A DNA stretch of 64,000 nucleotides from an uncultured Gemmatimonadota bacterium (GTDB taxonomy: Bacteria; Gemmatimonadota; Gemmatimonadetes; Palauibacterales; Palauibacteraceae): assembly GCA_913043255.1 (NCBI GenBank), contig CAJWLK010000005.1, forward strand, positions 46,224 through 110,223, read 5' to 3'. Shown piece by piece: positions 8,895-18,541 of the stretch. The translations under genes were made by a program, and so were the position numbers. A model generated the notes under the pieces. That model saw only the letters and a list, made by a program, of their open reading frames with translations. It made no database searches and was not told the origin of the DNA. Numbering within the stretch: the first letter of the stretch is position 1; each line of letters opens with the position of its first letter.

Positions 8895-10703
8895 GTGGTG
8901 CGAGGGAGATCCTGCATCTCTGGGTTTATCCTTCCACGTGCGGCAGGGTTTGCTGCATGTGCACTAGTTTTAAGCAGCCTTGCAGTAGTGTCTCCCGTGA
9001 CTTTGATCGGCCAGGGTCCACCCTCTGAGCGACGGGCGGTAGATCGTGCAGAACGCCTTCTGAATGCGGGCCGAATAGAAGAAGCTAGGTCGGTACTTAC
9101 CCAGCTTTTAGATCGAATGCCGGCATCTCTACCTGTGTTATCCTTTCTGTTTGAACTTATGCAGGATTTTGATGGGCCACGAGATTTTGTGGTGTTTGTA
9201 GAAAATGCAATTGCCTCATCGCCCCAAAATCCAAGCACGCGAGCACTATGGGTGGAGGCTCTGTTGGCAGCCGGTTTCCGGGATTCGGCGAGTACCGTAG
9301 CGGATAGGTGGATTGCACAAAGCCCAGAGGAGCCGTTGGCACGTATCGTACGGGCGGAGGTTCAACTCGCTGAAGGTGACACTGTTAATGCGATTAAATC
9401 TTTCCAAGTAAGGGGCGAACGGACCGAGAAAGAACTTGTTCGGCTCGCTGAGCTATTGCTGGCGATAGGAGAGGTTGACGAGCTAGTAAACGTGTGGGCA
9501 GAACTTTTAGCTTTTGATCCGCCACAGTTGGAGGTTGTAGTTGGAGGGTTAAGAGCAGTGGGATTGTCGGACGAGTCACGCCTCAGACTCCTTCAAGATG
9601 AGTTGATGAAATGGACTGGTAGTACGCAAAGAGCTGGTGCTTTGGTCGCACTTCGATTGCGGGCTGGGGGCGTTGCACGCCAGTTGGCTATTGAAGCCAG
9701 GGGACTAGGAGAGCTACAAGATGCAGACTTTTTTCGAGACTATCTTCGAGAGGCGGATGAAATGCGTCTTCCGAGGGAGGTCGGTTGGGCTGCTCAAGTA
9801 TTAGTCGAACTCAGCCCTCGCCCTGTCGACAAGCTACGCTGGAAAACAATGGCGGCTGATCAATTCCTGACCGCGGGTGATAGCGCTTTGGCTCAGCAAA
9901 TACTTGTGGAATTGGCTCGTGAAAATGAGCCCGGGGAGGGGGGGCATAACGCGGCCGTGCGTCGATTGTTCGCTCTTCTTGCGGCCAACCCCGAATCGCT
10001 ATCTGAAGCAAGTGATATTCTCAAGCGTTACCGGATTGAATACCCAGATTCTGTTCATCGTGAGGCCCGAATGAGTGGTGTGCTTGCGATTGGGCATGCT
10101 CGAGCTGGAGACCTTCCTGGTGGACACCAGGTTTTAGCAGGTGCTCGCACTCGAATGCCCTCTACGGGTTTGCGTACGCTTGATGCGACAGCCGCCAGGC
10201 TATCTTTCTACGCTGGACGCCGAGACTCGGCCATCGCTCAAGCCAGGCGTGCCTTGTCTGAAGAGGGGCTAGATCCGGCAGAGCAGACAACTCGTTTGCA
10301 ACTCCTCACGCTGCTCCAAGCGGGGGATAGCAGCGAGGTCGCTATCGTTGGTGAAGGAACATTCAAACTTCTCAGAGATCCGTCCCGTTTTGATCCGCTC
10401 CAATCTTTGGGTGCGTTAGCAGCTGTTCCACAGACTTCGGGACGGCCGTTGGCACTTTTGTATCTCGCGGACGCAGCGGCAACCGAAGGGCGGTATGAAG
10501 TTGCCCGTGTTTTCCGTCTTCAGGTTATTCAGAGGTATGCAAATAGTGCTGAAGCACCAGTGGCACTTCTTAGCCTTGCTCGGGAAGCAGGTCAACCTGA
10601 GGCTGGCCGGTGGCTCGAACAGTTAATTGTTGGGTATCCGGACAGTGCACTTGCACCAATGGCTCGACGTCTCCTCAGCGACCTTTCTGGAGGATCGAAA
10701 TGA
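8895..10703 (+). CDS. hypothetical secreted TPR-like all-helical protein
   Basis: 602 aa with a signal-like N-terminus (AAGFAACALVLSSLAVVSPVTLIG), then Ala/Leu-rich helical repeats. The C-terminal ...GYPDSALAPMARRLL resembles TPR proteins. GTG start lies 1 nt after the upstream stop. Confidence 0.7.
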   Translation: MVRGRSCISGFILPRAAGFAACALVLSSLAVVSPVTLIGQGPPSERRAVDRAERLLNAGRIEEARSVLTQLLDRMPASLPVLSFLFELMQDFDGPRDFVVFVENAIASSPQNPSTRALWVEALLAAGFRDSASTVADRWIAQSPEEPLARIVRAEVQLAEGDTVNAIKSFQVRGERTEKELVRLAELLLAIGEVDELVNVWAELLAFDPPQLEVVVGGLRAVGLSDESRLRLLQDELMKWTGSTQRAGALVALRLRAGGVARQLAIEARGLGELQDADFFRDYLREADEMRLPREVGWAAQVLVELSPRPVDKLRWKTMAADQFLTAGDSALAQQILVELARENEPGEGGHNAAVRRLFALLAANPESLSEASDILKRYRIEYPDSVHREARMSGVLAIGHARAGDLPGGHQVLAGARTRMPSTGLRTLDATAARLSFYAGRRDSAIAQARRALSEEGLDPAEQTTRLQLLTLLQAGDSSEVAIVGEGTFKLLRDPSRFDPLQSLGALAAVPQTSGRPLALLYLADAAATEGRYEVARVFRLQVIQRYANSAEAPVALLSLAREAGQPEAGRWLEQLIVGYPDSALAPMARRLLSDLSGGSK

Positions 10704-11971
10704 GTCCACACCATTTGGTGGTTCGTATTGGGTTCTTCGTTCTAATGTTTTTAGTTCCCCGTGGGGGGTTGAGTGGCCAGCTATTGGTCCCAATGGACCG
10801 AGAGCAAGAGAATCATTTGAAAGCTTATGGCTTCGCGTATCAGATTCTAAATGAGGGCGAGTCAGGTGAGTGGTTGTTGAACTACCGTGCGGGATCTTTT
10901 CTGGTCTCGGATACACCCAAAAATCGACGCAAGGCAGCCCTCATGGGAGTCAATCTTGAAACTCTTGATGGGAGCGCCCTTGCCGCAATTCGGCATGAGA
11001 TTGAGACGAACAATATGGAAGCGGTTCCTCTAGAAAAGGCTCCGCGGATTGCTGTGTATACTCCTCCGAATAGCTCGCCGTGGGATGATGCGGTCACCTT
11101 AGCCCTTGAATATGCCGAAATTCCATATGAACAAATTTGGGATCGAGATGTGCTGTCGGAGGCGCTCGACAATTACGACTGGTTACATTTGCACCATGAA
11201 GATTTCACGGGGCAGTATTCCAAATTTTATTTGACCTACGCATCTTCAGCTTGGCTTCAGGAAGAGGTCGCGAGGAACGAGGCGATTGCTCGTGAGCTGG
11301 GCTATGAAAACGTTCCTGCTTTAAAGAAAGCCGTGGCCCATCGTCTCCGCGAATATGTGCATGCGGGTGGCTTCCTGTTCGCTATGTGCACAGCTACAGA
11401 AACACTTGAGCTCGCACTTGCAGCCGAAGAAGTTGATATCGCCGCCTCATTTGCTGATGGGTCGCCACTTGAGCTCGGGGCGAGTGAAAAGTTGGACTGG
11501 AGTGCCACTATGGCGTTTCAGGGTGCCGTTTTGGTAACTGACCCTACGCTGAGCGCCTTTAGTGATATCGATGGCCACCAAGTGAATACTCCTTGGCGCG
11601 TTGATCTCGGGAGCTATGCATTGTTTGAGTTTAGTGCAAAATTTGACCCAGTACCGGCGATGCTCACGCAAAACCACCGACGTGTGTTGGCTGATTTTTA
11701 CGGACTCACTACGACTTTTAGGGATGAACGTCTCAGGCCCAGTGTGACAATCTTGGCGGAAGAGGAGGGTCGGGGACGCGTAAAGTATCTGCACGGGAAC
11801 TTGGGTGAAGGAACGTTTACATATCTTGGTGGCCATGACCCGGAAGACCCTCGTCACCTTATCGGCGATGCGGTCACCGATCTGGATCTTCACCGACATT
11901 CTCCGGGTTATCGACTTATCCTAAACAATATTCTCTTCCCAGCGGCCAAAAAGAAGAAACTGAAGACATGA
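10700..11971 (+). CDS. hypothetical secreted alpha/beta protein
   Basis: ATG 10700 overlaps the upstream TGA (ATGA), with GGAGGA 7 nt upstream. Signal-like N-terminus is VVRIGFFVLMFLVPRGGLSG. The mixed alpha/beta sequence includes HAGGFLFAMCTATETL. The track's 10610 start is probably too early. Confidence 0.7.
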   Translation: MSPHHLVVRIGFFVLMFLVPRGGLSGQLLVPMDREQENHLKAYGFAYQILNEGESGEWLLNYRAGSFLVSDTPKNRRKAALMGVNLETLDGSALAAIRHEIETNNMEAVPLEKAPRIAVYTPPNSSPWDDAVTLALEYAEIPYEQIWDRDVLSEALDNYDWLHLHHEDFTGQYSKFYLTYASSAWLQEEVARNEAIARELGYENVPALKKAVAHRLREYVHAGGFLFAMCTATETLELALAAEEVDIAASFADGSPLELGASEKLDWSATMAFQGAVLVTDPTLSAFSDIDGHQVNTPWRVDLGSYALFEFSAKFDPVPAMLTQNHRRVLADFYGLTTTFRDERLRPSVTILAEEEGRGRVKYLHGNLGEGTFTYLGGHDPEDPRHLIGDAVTDLDLHRHSPGYRLILNNILFPAAKKKKLKT

Positions 11972-12072
11972 CCTTGGTCTCGTCTAGTATGTTTGGAGCT
12001 TCTCTTACTAGAATTGGACAGAAGCTTGACCGGTTCCACTACAGTTTCTATTGGCTGGGACATTTACATTGT

Positions 12073-12103
12073 CGCCGAATAGGACCCTGGAAGTTATTCG
12101 GCG
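12073..12103. other. perfect 9-bp inverted repeat hairpin (CGCCGAATA-13 nt-TATTCGGCG)
   Basis: Read directly in the 157-nt gap between the third and fourth genes of the envelope module. There is no downstream T tract. Confidence 0.3.
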
Positions 12104-12128
12104 CATCATTCGGCTGACGTAGGACTAC

Positions 12129-13007
12129 GTGACACGAAGCGAGTCCACAGGGTTGGGCGCATCTGATAGGCGGGTGCAGCGCGAGCAGTTTGGACGACGA
12201 ACGATGTGGGGAGGGTTTTTTGCGTCTGCCCTACTCCACTTGTTGGTGGTGTGGTTCGCCGGTGGTTTTCGCGTTCAGGCCCGCCCCTTCATACGGCCTC
12301 TAATCGAAACGGTACCAGCCCCTGACGCCCTGATTGTTGTTGAGATCGCTCCAACTTTTCCAGAAACAGGGAATGAAGATCCTCGTCCTGAGCCGAGACC
12401 GCCAGAATTGGAGGAAGAAAGGCTGAGGGAAGAACCAGAAGAAACTGAGCTCGATGAAGATGAAGAAATTGAACTTCCAGGCGTGCCCGGTGTGGATGTC
12501 CCGGGCTTTTCTTCTGAGGTGCTGGAGGGTGAACGCGTTACCAATGCTTCCAGACTCCGCTTACGCTTTAGTGATTCACGAATCTGGTTTGACCCTAGGG
12601 ATCCGATGTTGATTGGTGAAAGGTTAGCACGTTTTGCTCGGGCTGATAGTGCCGTCCGGGCAATTCTTCGTGACTGGCTTGATAGCCTCCGTCTTAGCGA
12701 AGAGCAACGACGGCGAGCTACAGACTGGACTTTTGAAAAGGATGGAGAACGCTGGGGGGTTTCTCCTCAGGGGATACACCTTGGTGAGATCACAATTCCA
12801 ATTCCAATTGGATTTGCCCCAACCGGCCCACAGCGTCGTGCATTTGAGCAGGCAATCAGAGATTTGACTGCAATTCAGCTACAAGACCTGCGTGCCGACC
12901 TCGAAGCTGTGGCTGATGAACGGAGGGAAGCAATGCGCGCGCGGTCAGAGGAAGAGGTGCAACGACGGCGTGGAACAGACACTCTTCGTTCCAATCTCCC
13001 TCCATAG
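12129..13007 (+). CDS. hypothetical membrane-anchored protein with Pro/Glu-rich linker
   Basis: 292 aa with a GTG start. It has a single N-terminal TM helix (WGGFFASALLHLLVVWFAGGF). A TonB-like acidic/proline linker follows (EDPRPEPRPPELEEERLREEPEETELDEDEE). The helical C-terminal domain is not recognisably TonB. Confidence 0.6.
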   Translation: MTRSESTGLGASDRRVQREQFGRRTMWGGFFASALLHLLVVWFAGGFRVQARPFIRPLIETVPAPDALIVVEIAPTFPETGNEDPRPEPRPPELEEERLREEPEETELDEDEEIELPGVPGVDVPGFSSEVLEGERVTNASRLRLRFSDSRIWFDPRDPMLIGERLARFARADSAVRAILRDWLDSLRLSEEQRRRATDWTFEKDGERWGVSPQGIHLGEITIPIPIGFAPTGPQRRAFEQAIRDLTAIQLQDLRADLEAVADERREAMRARSEEEVQRRRGTDTLRSNLPP

Positions 13008-13148
13008 GCACGTTTCGCTGTTAGGGTGCGTCCGTTAAACTGACCATCAAATTCGTGCGCTGGGTACGCCGAGATCTTGAGACTCTTTCGAGGTTTCGGC
13101 GTTCTTCAAGCCGACCACACAAACCGTCAGCTAGTATGGAGCCGCCCG

Positions 13149-15821
13149 TTGGGTGATTCCTCCGCATCAAACGAACTTCCATCGCGCTACGATCCGTCAG
13201 GTCTCGAAGGTCCGATGTATGAGCGTTGGACCACGAGCGGACGGTTCCATGCGGATTCACGGGATGTTACAAATCCTTATGTAATCGTCATCCCGCCCCC
13301 TAACGTGACAGCGGCCCTACATATGGGGCACGGGCTCAATAACACACTCCAAGATGTTCTCGTACGTCGGCGTCGTATGATGGGTTTCGATACGCTCTGG
13401 GTTCCTGGTACTGATCATGCAGGCATCGCTACACAGAATGTTGTTGAACGGTCATTGCGAGAAGAAGGGCTCACCCGGTTTGAACTCGGCCGAGAAGAGT
13501 TCGAAGATCGTGCTTGGAAGTGGGTTGATGAGTATGGGGGCCGAATTATCGATCAACTCAAAGTTATGGGGTGTTCATTCGATTGGGAGCGAACTCGCTT
13601 CACTCTCGATGAAGGATTGTCGCGCGCTGTACGAGAGGTCTTCATTCGGCTCTATGAAAAAGACCTGATTTATCGGGGACGATACATCATCAATTGGTGT
13701 CCACGCTGCACCACCGCACTCTCGAACGAGGAGGTTGAAGACCGAGATCGGGCCGGAAAACTATACCGTATTCGTTATCCCCTAGTCGCTGGTGGAAGCA
13801 TTGAGGTGGCTACGACGCGTCCAGAGACTTTGTTGGGTGATACAGCTCTTGCTGTGCACCCAGATGACGAACGGTATCGGTCGTTGGTGGGCTCCAGCGC
13901 TGAACTCCCGCTAGTTGGCCGCCTTCTCAATGTCATAGCTGATCAATATGTGGATCCGGAGTTTGGGTCGGGCGTAGTGAAGATTACCCCTGCACACGAC
14001 CCAAATGACTTCGATGTTGGGGAGCGTCATGAGTTAGAGGTTCTTGATGTAATGACGGATTCGGGGAGTATGAATGATACGGTTCCCAAGCCATATCGTG
14101 GCTTGGATCGATTTGAAGCCCGGGATCGTATAGTGTCAGACCTCGAGGTCGGGGGATTTTTGGTTGCTATTGAAGACCATGCGCACTCGCTTGGACACTG
14201 CTACCGATGTGATACCGTCGTCGAACCACGCCTCAGCCTACAATGGTTCGTACGTATGAAGCCACTTGCTGAGCCAGCACTTGCGGCCTTTCTGCGTGGA
14301 GACCTTCGATTCCATCCCGCACGGTACGGCAAGATGTACCAGAATTGGATGGAAAATATCCGAGATTGGTGTATAAGTCGGCAGTTGTGGTGGGGACATC
14401 GTATTCCGGTATGGTATTGTACAGTTGACGGTTGCGATCAGATGGTTGTTTCATCCGAAGATCCGAGTACCTGTCCTGGGTGTGGTGGAGAACTCGAACA
14501 AGATCCCGATGTTCTCGATACCTGGTTTAGCTCTTGGTTGTGGCCATTCTCAACATTGGGCTGGCCCGAAGACACCGACGATCTTAAGGCCTTCTATCCG
14601 ACAAATACTTTGGTAACAGCTCCCGAGATCCTTTTCTTCTGGGTAGCTCGCATGGTGATGGCAGGCTACGAGTTTATGGATGATCTGCCATTCGAAGACG
14701 TACTCCTTAATGGTACAGTTCGGGACCATCAAGGGCGCCGTATGTCAAAGTCTTTGGGGAATGGTATAGATCCATTAGAGGTGATCGATTTGTACGGTGC
14801 GGACGCGATGAGGTTTACCCTTATCCGAGGGGCGCCGCTGGGTACCGACCTTCAGCTAAACTACGAAGATCTAGACGAAGCTTTTCGTCCCGGGCGGAAC
14901 TTTGCTAATAAAATGTGGAATGCTGCCCGTTTTGCACTTCCTCACGTGTTACCGGTCAATGATGATTCAGCGAAGAGCAATGCTTTGTCGGACCGTTGGA
15001 TCCGAAGTCGGCTCGCGAGAGTGGGTCGTGAACTGGATGCTGCCTACGATGACTTTCGACTTCATGAGGTTGCTGAAAGTTGTCATAGCTTCGTTTGGGG
15101 CGATTTTTGTGACTGGTATCTTGAACTCGCCAAGCGCCGTCTGTTTGCTGGCGGAAAAGACGCGACCTCTGCAGGAGAAACTTTGACGATTGTCATGCAG
15201 GGTTGGCTTGGTTTGCTTCATCCAATTATGCCGTTTGTTACTGAAGCGATTGCTGAACGATTGCCCGGTAGGAGTGAAGATGATTCGTTGGTGGCGGGTC
15301 CATGGCCAATGTTCCCTGATTCTTGGGTCGATCCTGATGCTGAGGCCGCGGTAGATGCACTCCAAGAACTAGTGGGTTTAATTCGGAGCCTGAGGGCTGA
15401 GTATAGGATTGAACCATCGACAAAGGTTGTAGTGTACTTAGGGGAAGCATCCGAGAGCCTTGAACTTGCTCTAGAAGAAGAGGGTGGCAGCGTGTTGAGC
15501 TTGGCGCAGATCGCTTCGATAGAACCAATGGCATCTGGTCCGGGAGGGCCTGGTGCTCATGCTGTTCTGAAGACGGGTGGCGACATTTTCCTCCCTCTTG
15601 AAGGAGTCGTCGATCTCGGCAAAGAACGTGCTCGTATCCAAAGTGAAGTTGATCGGACCAGAAAAATCTTGGCAGGTACTACAGCGAAACTTGGAAATCG
15701 GGGCTTTATTGAAAATGCAAAACCAGATGTTGTGGAACGAGAACGCGCAAAACTCGTCTCCCTGAAAGAACAAATGGAACGCCTGGAAGAAAAGCTTCAA
15801 ACCTTGGGTAGTGTGACATGA
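13149..15821 (+). CDS. valS: valine--tRNA ligase
   Basis: Class I motifs are present (PPPNVTAALHMGHG; KMSKSLGN), with a ValRS-type N-terminus (YDPSGLEGPMYERW) and a coiled-coil C-terminus. I prefer TTG 13149 (GGAG 8 nt upstream) over the track's TTG 13077. Confidence 0.93.
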   Translation: MGDSSASNELPSRYDPSGLEGPMYERWTTSGRFHADSRDVTNPYVIVIPPPNVTAALHMGHGLNNTLQDVLVRRRRMMGFDTLWVPGTDHAGIATQNVVERSLREEGLTRFELGREEFEDRAWKWVDEYGGRIIDQLKVMGCSFDWERTRFTLDEGLSRAVREVFIRLYEKDLIYRGRYIINWCPRCTTALSNEEVEDRDRAGKLYRIRYPLVAGGSIEVATTRPETLLGDTALAVHPDDERYRSLVGSSAELPLVGRLLNVIADQYVDPEFGSGVVKITPAHDPNDFDVGERHELEVLDVMTDSGSMNDTVPKPYRGLDRFEARDRIVSDLEVGGFLVAIEDHAHSLGHCYRCDTVVEPRLSLQWFVRMKPLAEPALAAFLRGDLRFHPARYGKMYQNWMENIRDWCISRQLWWGHRIPVWYCTVDGCDQMVVSSEDPSTCPGCGGELEQDPDVLDTWFSSWLWPFSTLGWPEDTDDLKAFYPTNTLVTAPEILFFWVARMVMAGYEFMDDLPFEDVLLNGTVRDHQGRRMSKSLGNGIDPLEVIDLYGADAMRFTLIRGAPLGTDLQLNYEDLDEAFRPGRNFANKMWNAARFALPHVLPVNDDSAKSNALSDRWIRSRLARVGRELDAAYDDFRLHEVAESCHSFVWGDFCDWYLELAKRRLFAGGKDATSAGETLTIVMQGWLGLLHPIMPFVTEAIAERLPGRSEDDSLVAGPWPMFPDSWVDPDAEAAVDALQELVGLIRSLRAEYRIEPSTKVVVYLGEASESLELALEEEGGSVLSLAQIASIEPMASGPGGPGAHAVLKTGGDIFLPLEGVVDLGKERARIQSEVDRTRKILAGTTAKLGNRGFIENAKPDVVERERAKLVSLKEQMERLEEKLQTLGSVT

Positions 15822-15843
15822 GGTATTTCTTGTTCTTGGCCAT

Positions 15844-17160
15844 ATGCGATTAACCAAAAAGAGGGTGGCCTCGGAAAGATTGAAGTTCTCACGGGTTCAT
15901 CCAGAAGTTGTTGTCGGCGGACTAGCAATCACGATCATGGGGGCATGCGCCAAGGAACTGCCGCCACCAGGAATTTTGCCAGATGACGTCCCACCTCGAG
16001 TCGAAAAAATATTTCCTCCTCCTGATTCAATCTCTCCGGATTTCAACGGGCAGGTGCTCATCCAATTCGATGAGCCTGTGAACATTCCGAACGGTATTGA
16101 ACGGTTGATGTTCGTGTCTCCTATGGAGAGATATTTGTCAGACAAGGGTTTTTCGGAGCTGAAATTGCAACCATTGGGAGGCTGGAGAAACAACGTCGTT
16201 TATTGTTTTTCGATCCCGGAAGGGATCAGTGATCTCTCACGTAACCGGACTGAAAATCCTACAGAGTTCTGCTTTTCGACAGGCGCCCCGTTGGTTGACA
16301 CGCGGGTTGTTGGTACGGTCGTCGACGCGATAACAAGTCTGCCTCAAGATGAAGCTCGCGTGATCTTTTTTGCCCCCGGCGATACGACCCCCTACGGGGC
16401 GATCTCCGATGAGGAAGGAAACTTTACGGCTCGTACTCTCCCGCCTGGTGAATACCAAGCTTTTGGCTTCTTGGATCAAAACCGGAATTTGATCCTAGAT
16501 CGAGACGTAGATCCCCATGATAGTGTGGCATTGCTGGTAGACCGAGATTCAGTCCCTAGGTTGGAGTTCAGTCTGGTACCTCCCGATATGACGCCACCCA
16601 GGCTTCTCCGAGTACAAGCAATGGACACGATCACAGTTCGACTTGAGTTCGATGATTACCTGACAAACCCCCCAAGTCAGGATCCGGAAGTCCTCATCTC
16701 CAATTCTGAAACCGGCGTGGTCGTGGATCTTGTCTCTGTGTTAGTTGGGGATGCGCATGAGGTTGTTTTCCCTGGTGACTCTGCACAACTGGACTCCATT
16801 GGAGGCTTGGTAGAATCAGATTCAGGACCGACCACCAAACTACCGTCGAGATTCATCAGTGTTCGACTTGCAACTTCCCTTGACTCGGGGAGGTATCTAG
16901 TTGAGTCGGATGGTGTAGTTAACTTGCGTCACCTAATAGGCGGAGGAGACACCACTCTTGTGGTGGAAGATACAGGAACCCTTAATGGCTCTATCGGGAT
17001 GATGGATGAGTTGCGGGTTTTGCGGGAGGAACGGTATGAGGTTGCCAAGGTTGCAGCGCCCACGATAATCAGAAGGGAGCTTGAGTTGCTCCGAACTTTA
17101 TGGGGGCACTCCACCGGCCACGGTCACTCGTCCAGTGCAGGCAATAATGGAAATGAATGA
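15844..17160 (+). CDS. hypothetical lipoprotein, beta-rich (Ig-like/carboxypeptidase-regulatory-like impression)
   Basis: 438 aa with the signal GGLAITIMGACAKE (Cys lipobox-like), then beta-strand-rich sequence (GTVVDAITSLPQDEARVIFF..., EGNFTARTLPPGEYQAFGF). No catalytic motif. Confidence 0.55.
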   Translation: MRLTKKRVASERLKFSRVHPEVVVGGLAITIMGACAKELPPPGILPDDVPPRVEKIFPPPDSISPDFNGQVLIQFDEPVNIPNGIERLMFVSPMERYLSDKGFSELKLQPLGGWRNNVVYCFSIPEGISDLSRNRTENPTEFCFSTGAPLVDTRVVGTVVDAITSLPQDEARVIFFAPGDTTPYGAISDEEGNFTARTLPPGEYQAFGFLDQNRNLILDRDVDPHDSVALLVDRDSVPRLEFSLVPPDMTPPRLLRVQAMDTITVRLEFDDYLTNPPSQDPEVLISNSETGVVVDLVSVLVGDAHEVVFPGDSAQLDSIGGLVESDSGPTTKLPSRFISVRLATSLDSGRYLVESDGVVNLRHLIGGGDTTLVVEDTGTLNGSIGMMDELRVLREERYEVAKVAAPTIIRRELELLRTLWGHSTGHGHSSSAGNNGNE

Positions 17161-18541
17161 TCCGAGGCGCTTCCTCCCTTCAATGGATGCACTGCTCAAT
17201 GAACCGGAGGTTGTAGAGTGGGCCAATAAATATGGACGCGAAACGGTGAAAAGTTCGTTGCGCTCTGTTATTGATGAGGTTCAAAGTGCCGACCTAGAGG
17301 AGCCTCCTCACACTATAGTCCAAGAGATCTTAGCCGCCACTGTGAAGGATCTTTTAGTCAGGTCGAAGCCTTCCCTCGTACATGTGTTGAATGGTACAGG
17401 TGTAGTGCTGCATACGAACTTGGGGCGTGCCCCACTTCCGAAAGAAGCACTCAAGGCGCAGGAGCGAGTGTCTGGATATTCTAATGTGGAACTCTCATTA
17501 AGGACGGGAGTTCGCGGCTCTCGGTATGATCATTGTGCAGATTTGGTGTGTGAGCTTAGCGGTGCAGATGCGGCAGTGGTAACGAATAACAACGCGGCAG
17601 CTGTGTCTCTTGTCGTGAATGAAATGGCGCGAGGCAAGGACGTCTTAATATCTCGAGGGGAGTTGGTTGAGATAGGTGGTTCTTTCAGGATCCCGGATGT
17701 TATAGCTAGCAGCGGAGCACAGTTGCGAGAGGTGGGAACGACGAACCGAACACGGGCAAAGGATTATGAGAAGGCTCTTAGTTCTTCCACGGGACTTATT
17801 CTTCGAGTGCACCCGTCGAACTATCGAGTGGAAGGTTTTACAGAGAGACCGAGCCTAGAGGAGATTGTTAAACTGGCCCGCTGCGCTGACATTCCAGTAG
17901 CGCATGACATTGGATCGGGCCTCCTTACTCCGGATCTTTTGCCAGGTTTTCCACATACTCCCTCTGTTAGCGAATCGTTAGCCACTGGGGTGGATCTCGT
18001 CACGTGGAGCGGCGATAAGCTTTTGGGCGGGCCACAGACTGGAATCATCGCAGGGTCTACAGGTTTTATTGCACGCCTTAGGCAAAATCCCATGCTAAGG
18101 GCATTCAGAGTAGATAAGACTACGCTTGCAGCACTGGAAGCAACCTTAATGCTGTATCGAGATCCCAGCTTGGCAGCTGAACGGATTCCAACATTACGGA
18201 TGCTCAGGGAGTCCGCTGTAGATGTGGAGTCACGCGCTCGTGATGCGGTTATAAACATTAAGGCCGTTTGTGATATCACAGTGGAATCTATGCGGGGGGT
18301 AGTGGGTGGAGGATCCTATCCGGGATTTGAAATCGAGTCGGCGGGTTGGGTTGTCCGCGGAGTTAATGCTGCAGAACTTGCAGAAGTATGTCGGACCGGA
18401 TCTCCTCCCTTACTTGGATACGTAGAACAAGACGCATTCAAAGTTGACATGAGAACAATTGCCCTAGGTCAGGAAATTATGGCGGCGAAGGTGTTGAGCG
18501 AAGCACTCGCCGTTCTTTCGGGTCGTGATGACAGTGTCTGA
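17147..18541 (+). CDS. selA: L-seryl-tRNA(Sec) selenium transferase
   Basis: VLNGTGVVLHTNLGRAPL, GYSNVELSLRTGVRGSRYDH, VTNNNAAAV, SRGELVEIGGSFRIPDV and SGDKLLGGPQTGIIAG (PLP lysine) are SelA hallmarks. ATG 17147 overlaps the upstream gene's end by 14 nt. Confidence 0.9.
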   Translation: MEMNDPRRFLPSMDALLNEPEVVEWANKYGRETVKSSLRSVIDEVQSADLEEPPHTIVQEILAATVKDLLVRSKPSLVHVLNGTGVVLHTNLGRAPLPKEALKAQERVSGYSNVELSLRTGVRGSRYDHCADLVCELSGADAAVVTNNNAAAVSLVVNEMARGKDVLISRGELVEIGGSFRIPDVIASSGAQLREVGTTNRTRAKDYEKALSSSTGLILRVHPSNYRVEGFTERPSLEEIVKLARCADIPVAHDIGSGLLTPDLLPGFPHTPSVSESLATGVDLVTWSGDKLLGGPQTGIIAGSTGFIARLRQNPMLRAFRVDKTTLAALEATLMLYRDPSLAAERIPTLRMLRESAVDVESRARDAVINIKAVCDITVESMRGVVGGGSYPGFEIESAGWVVRGVNAAELAEVCRTGSPPLLGYVEQDAFKVDMRTIALGQEIMAAKVLSEALAVLSGRDDSV

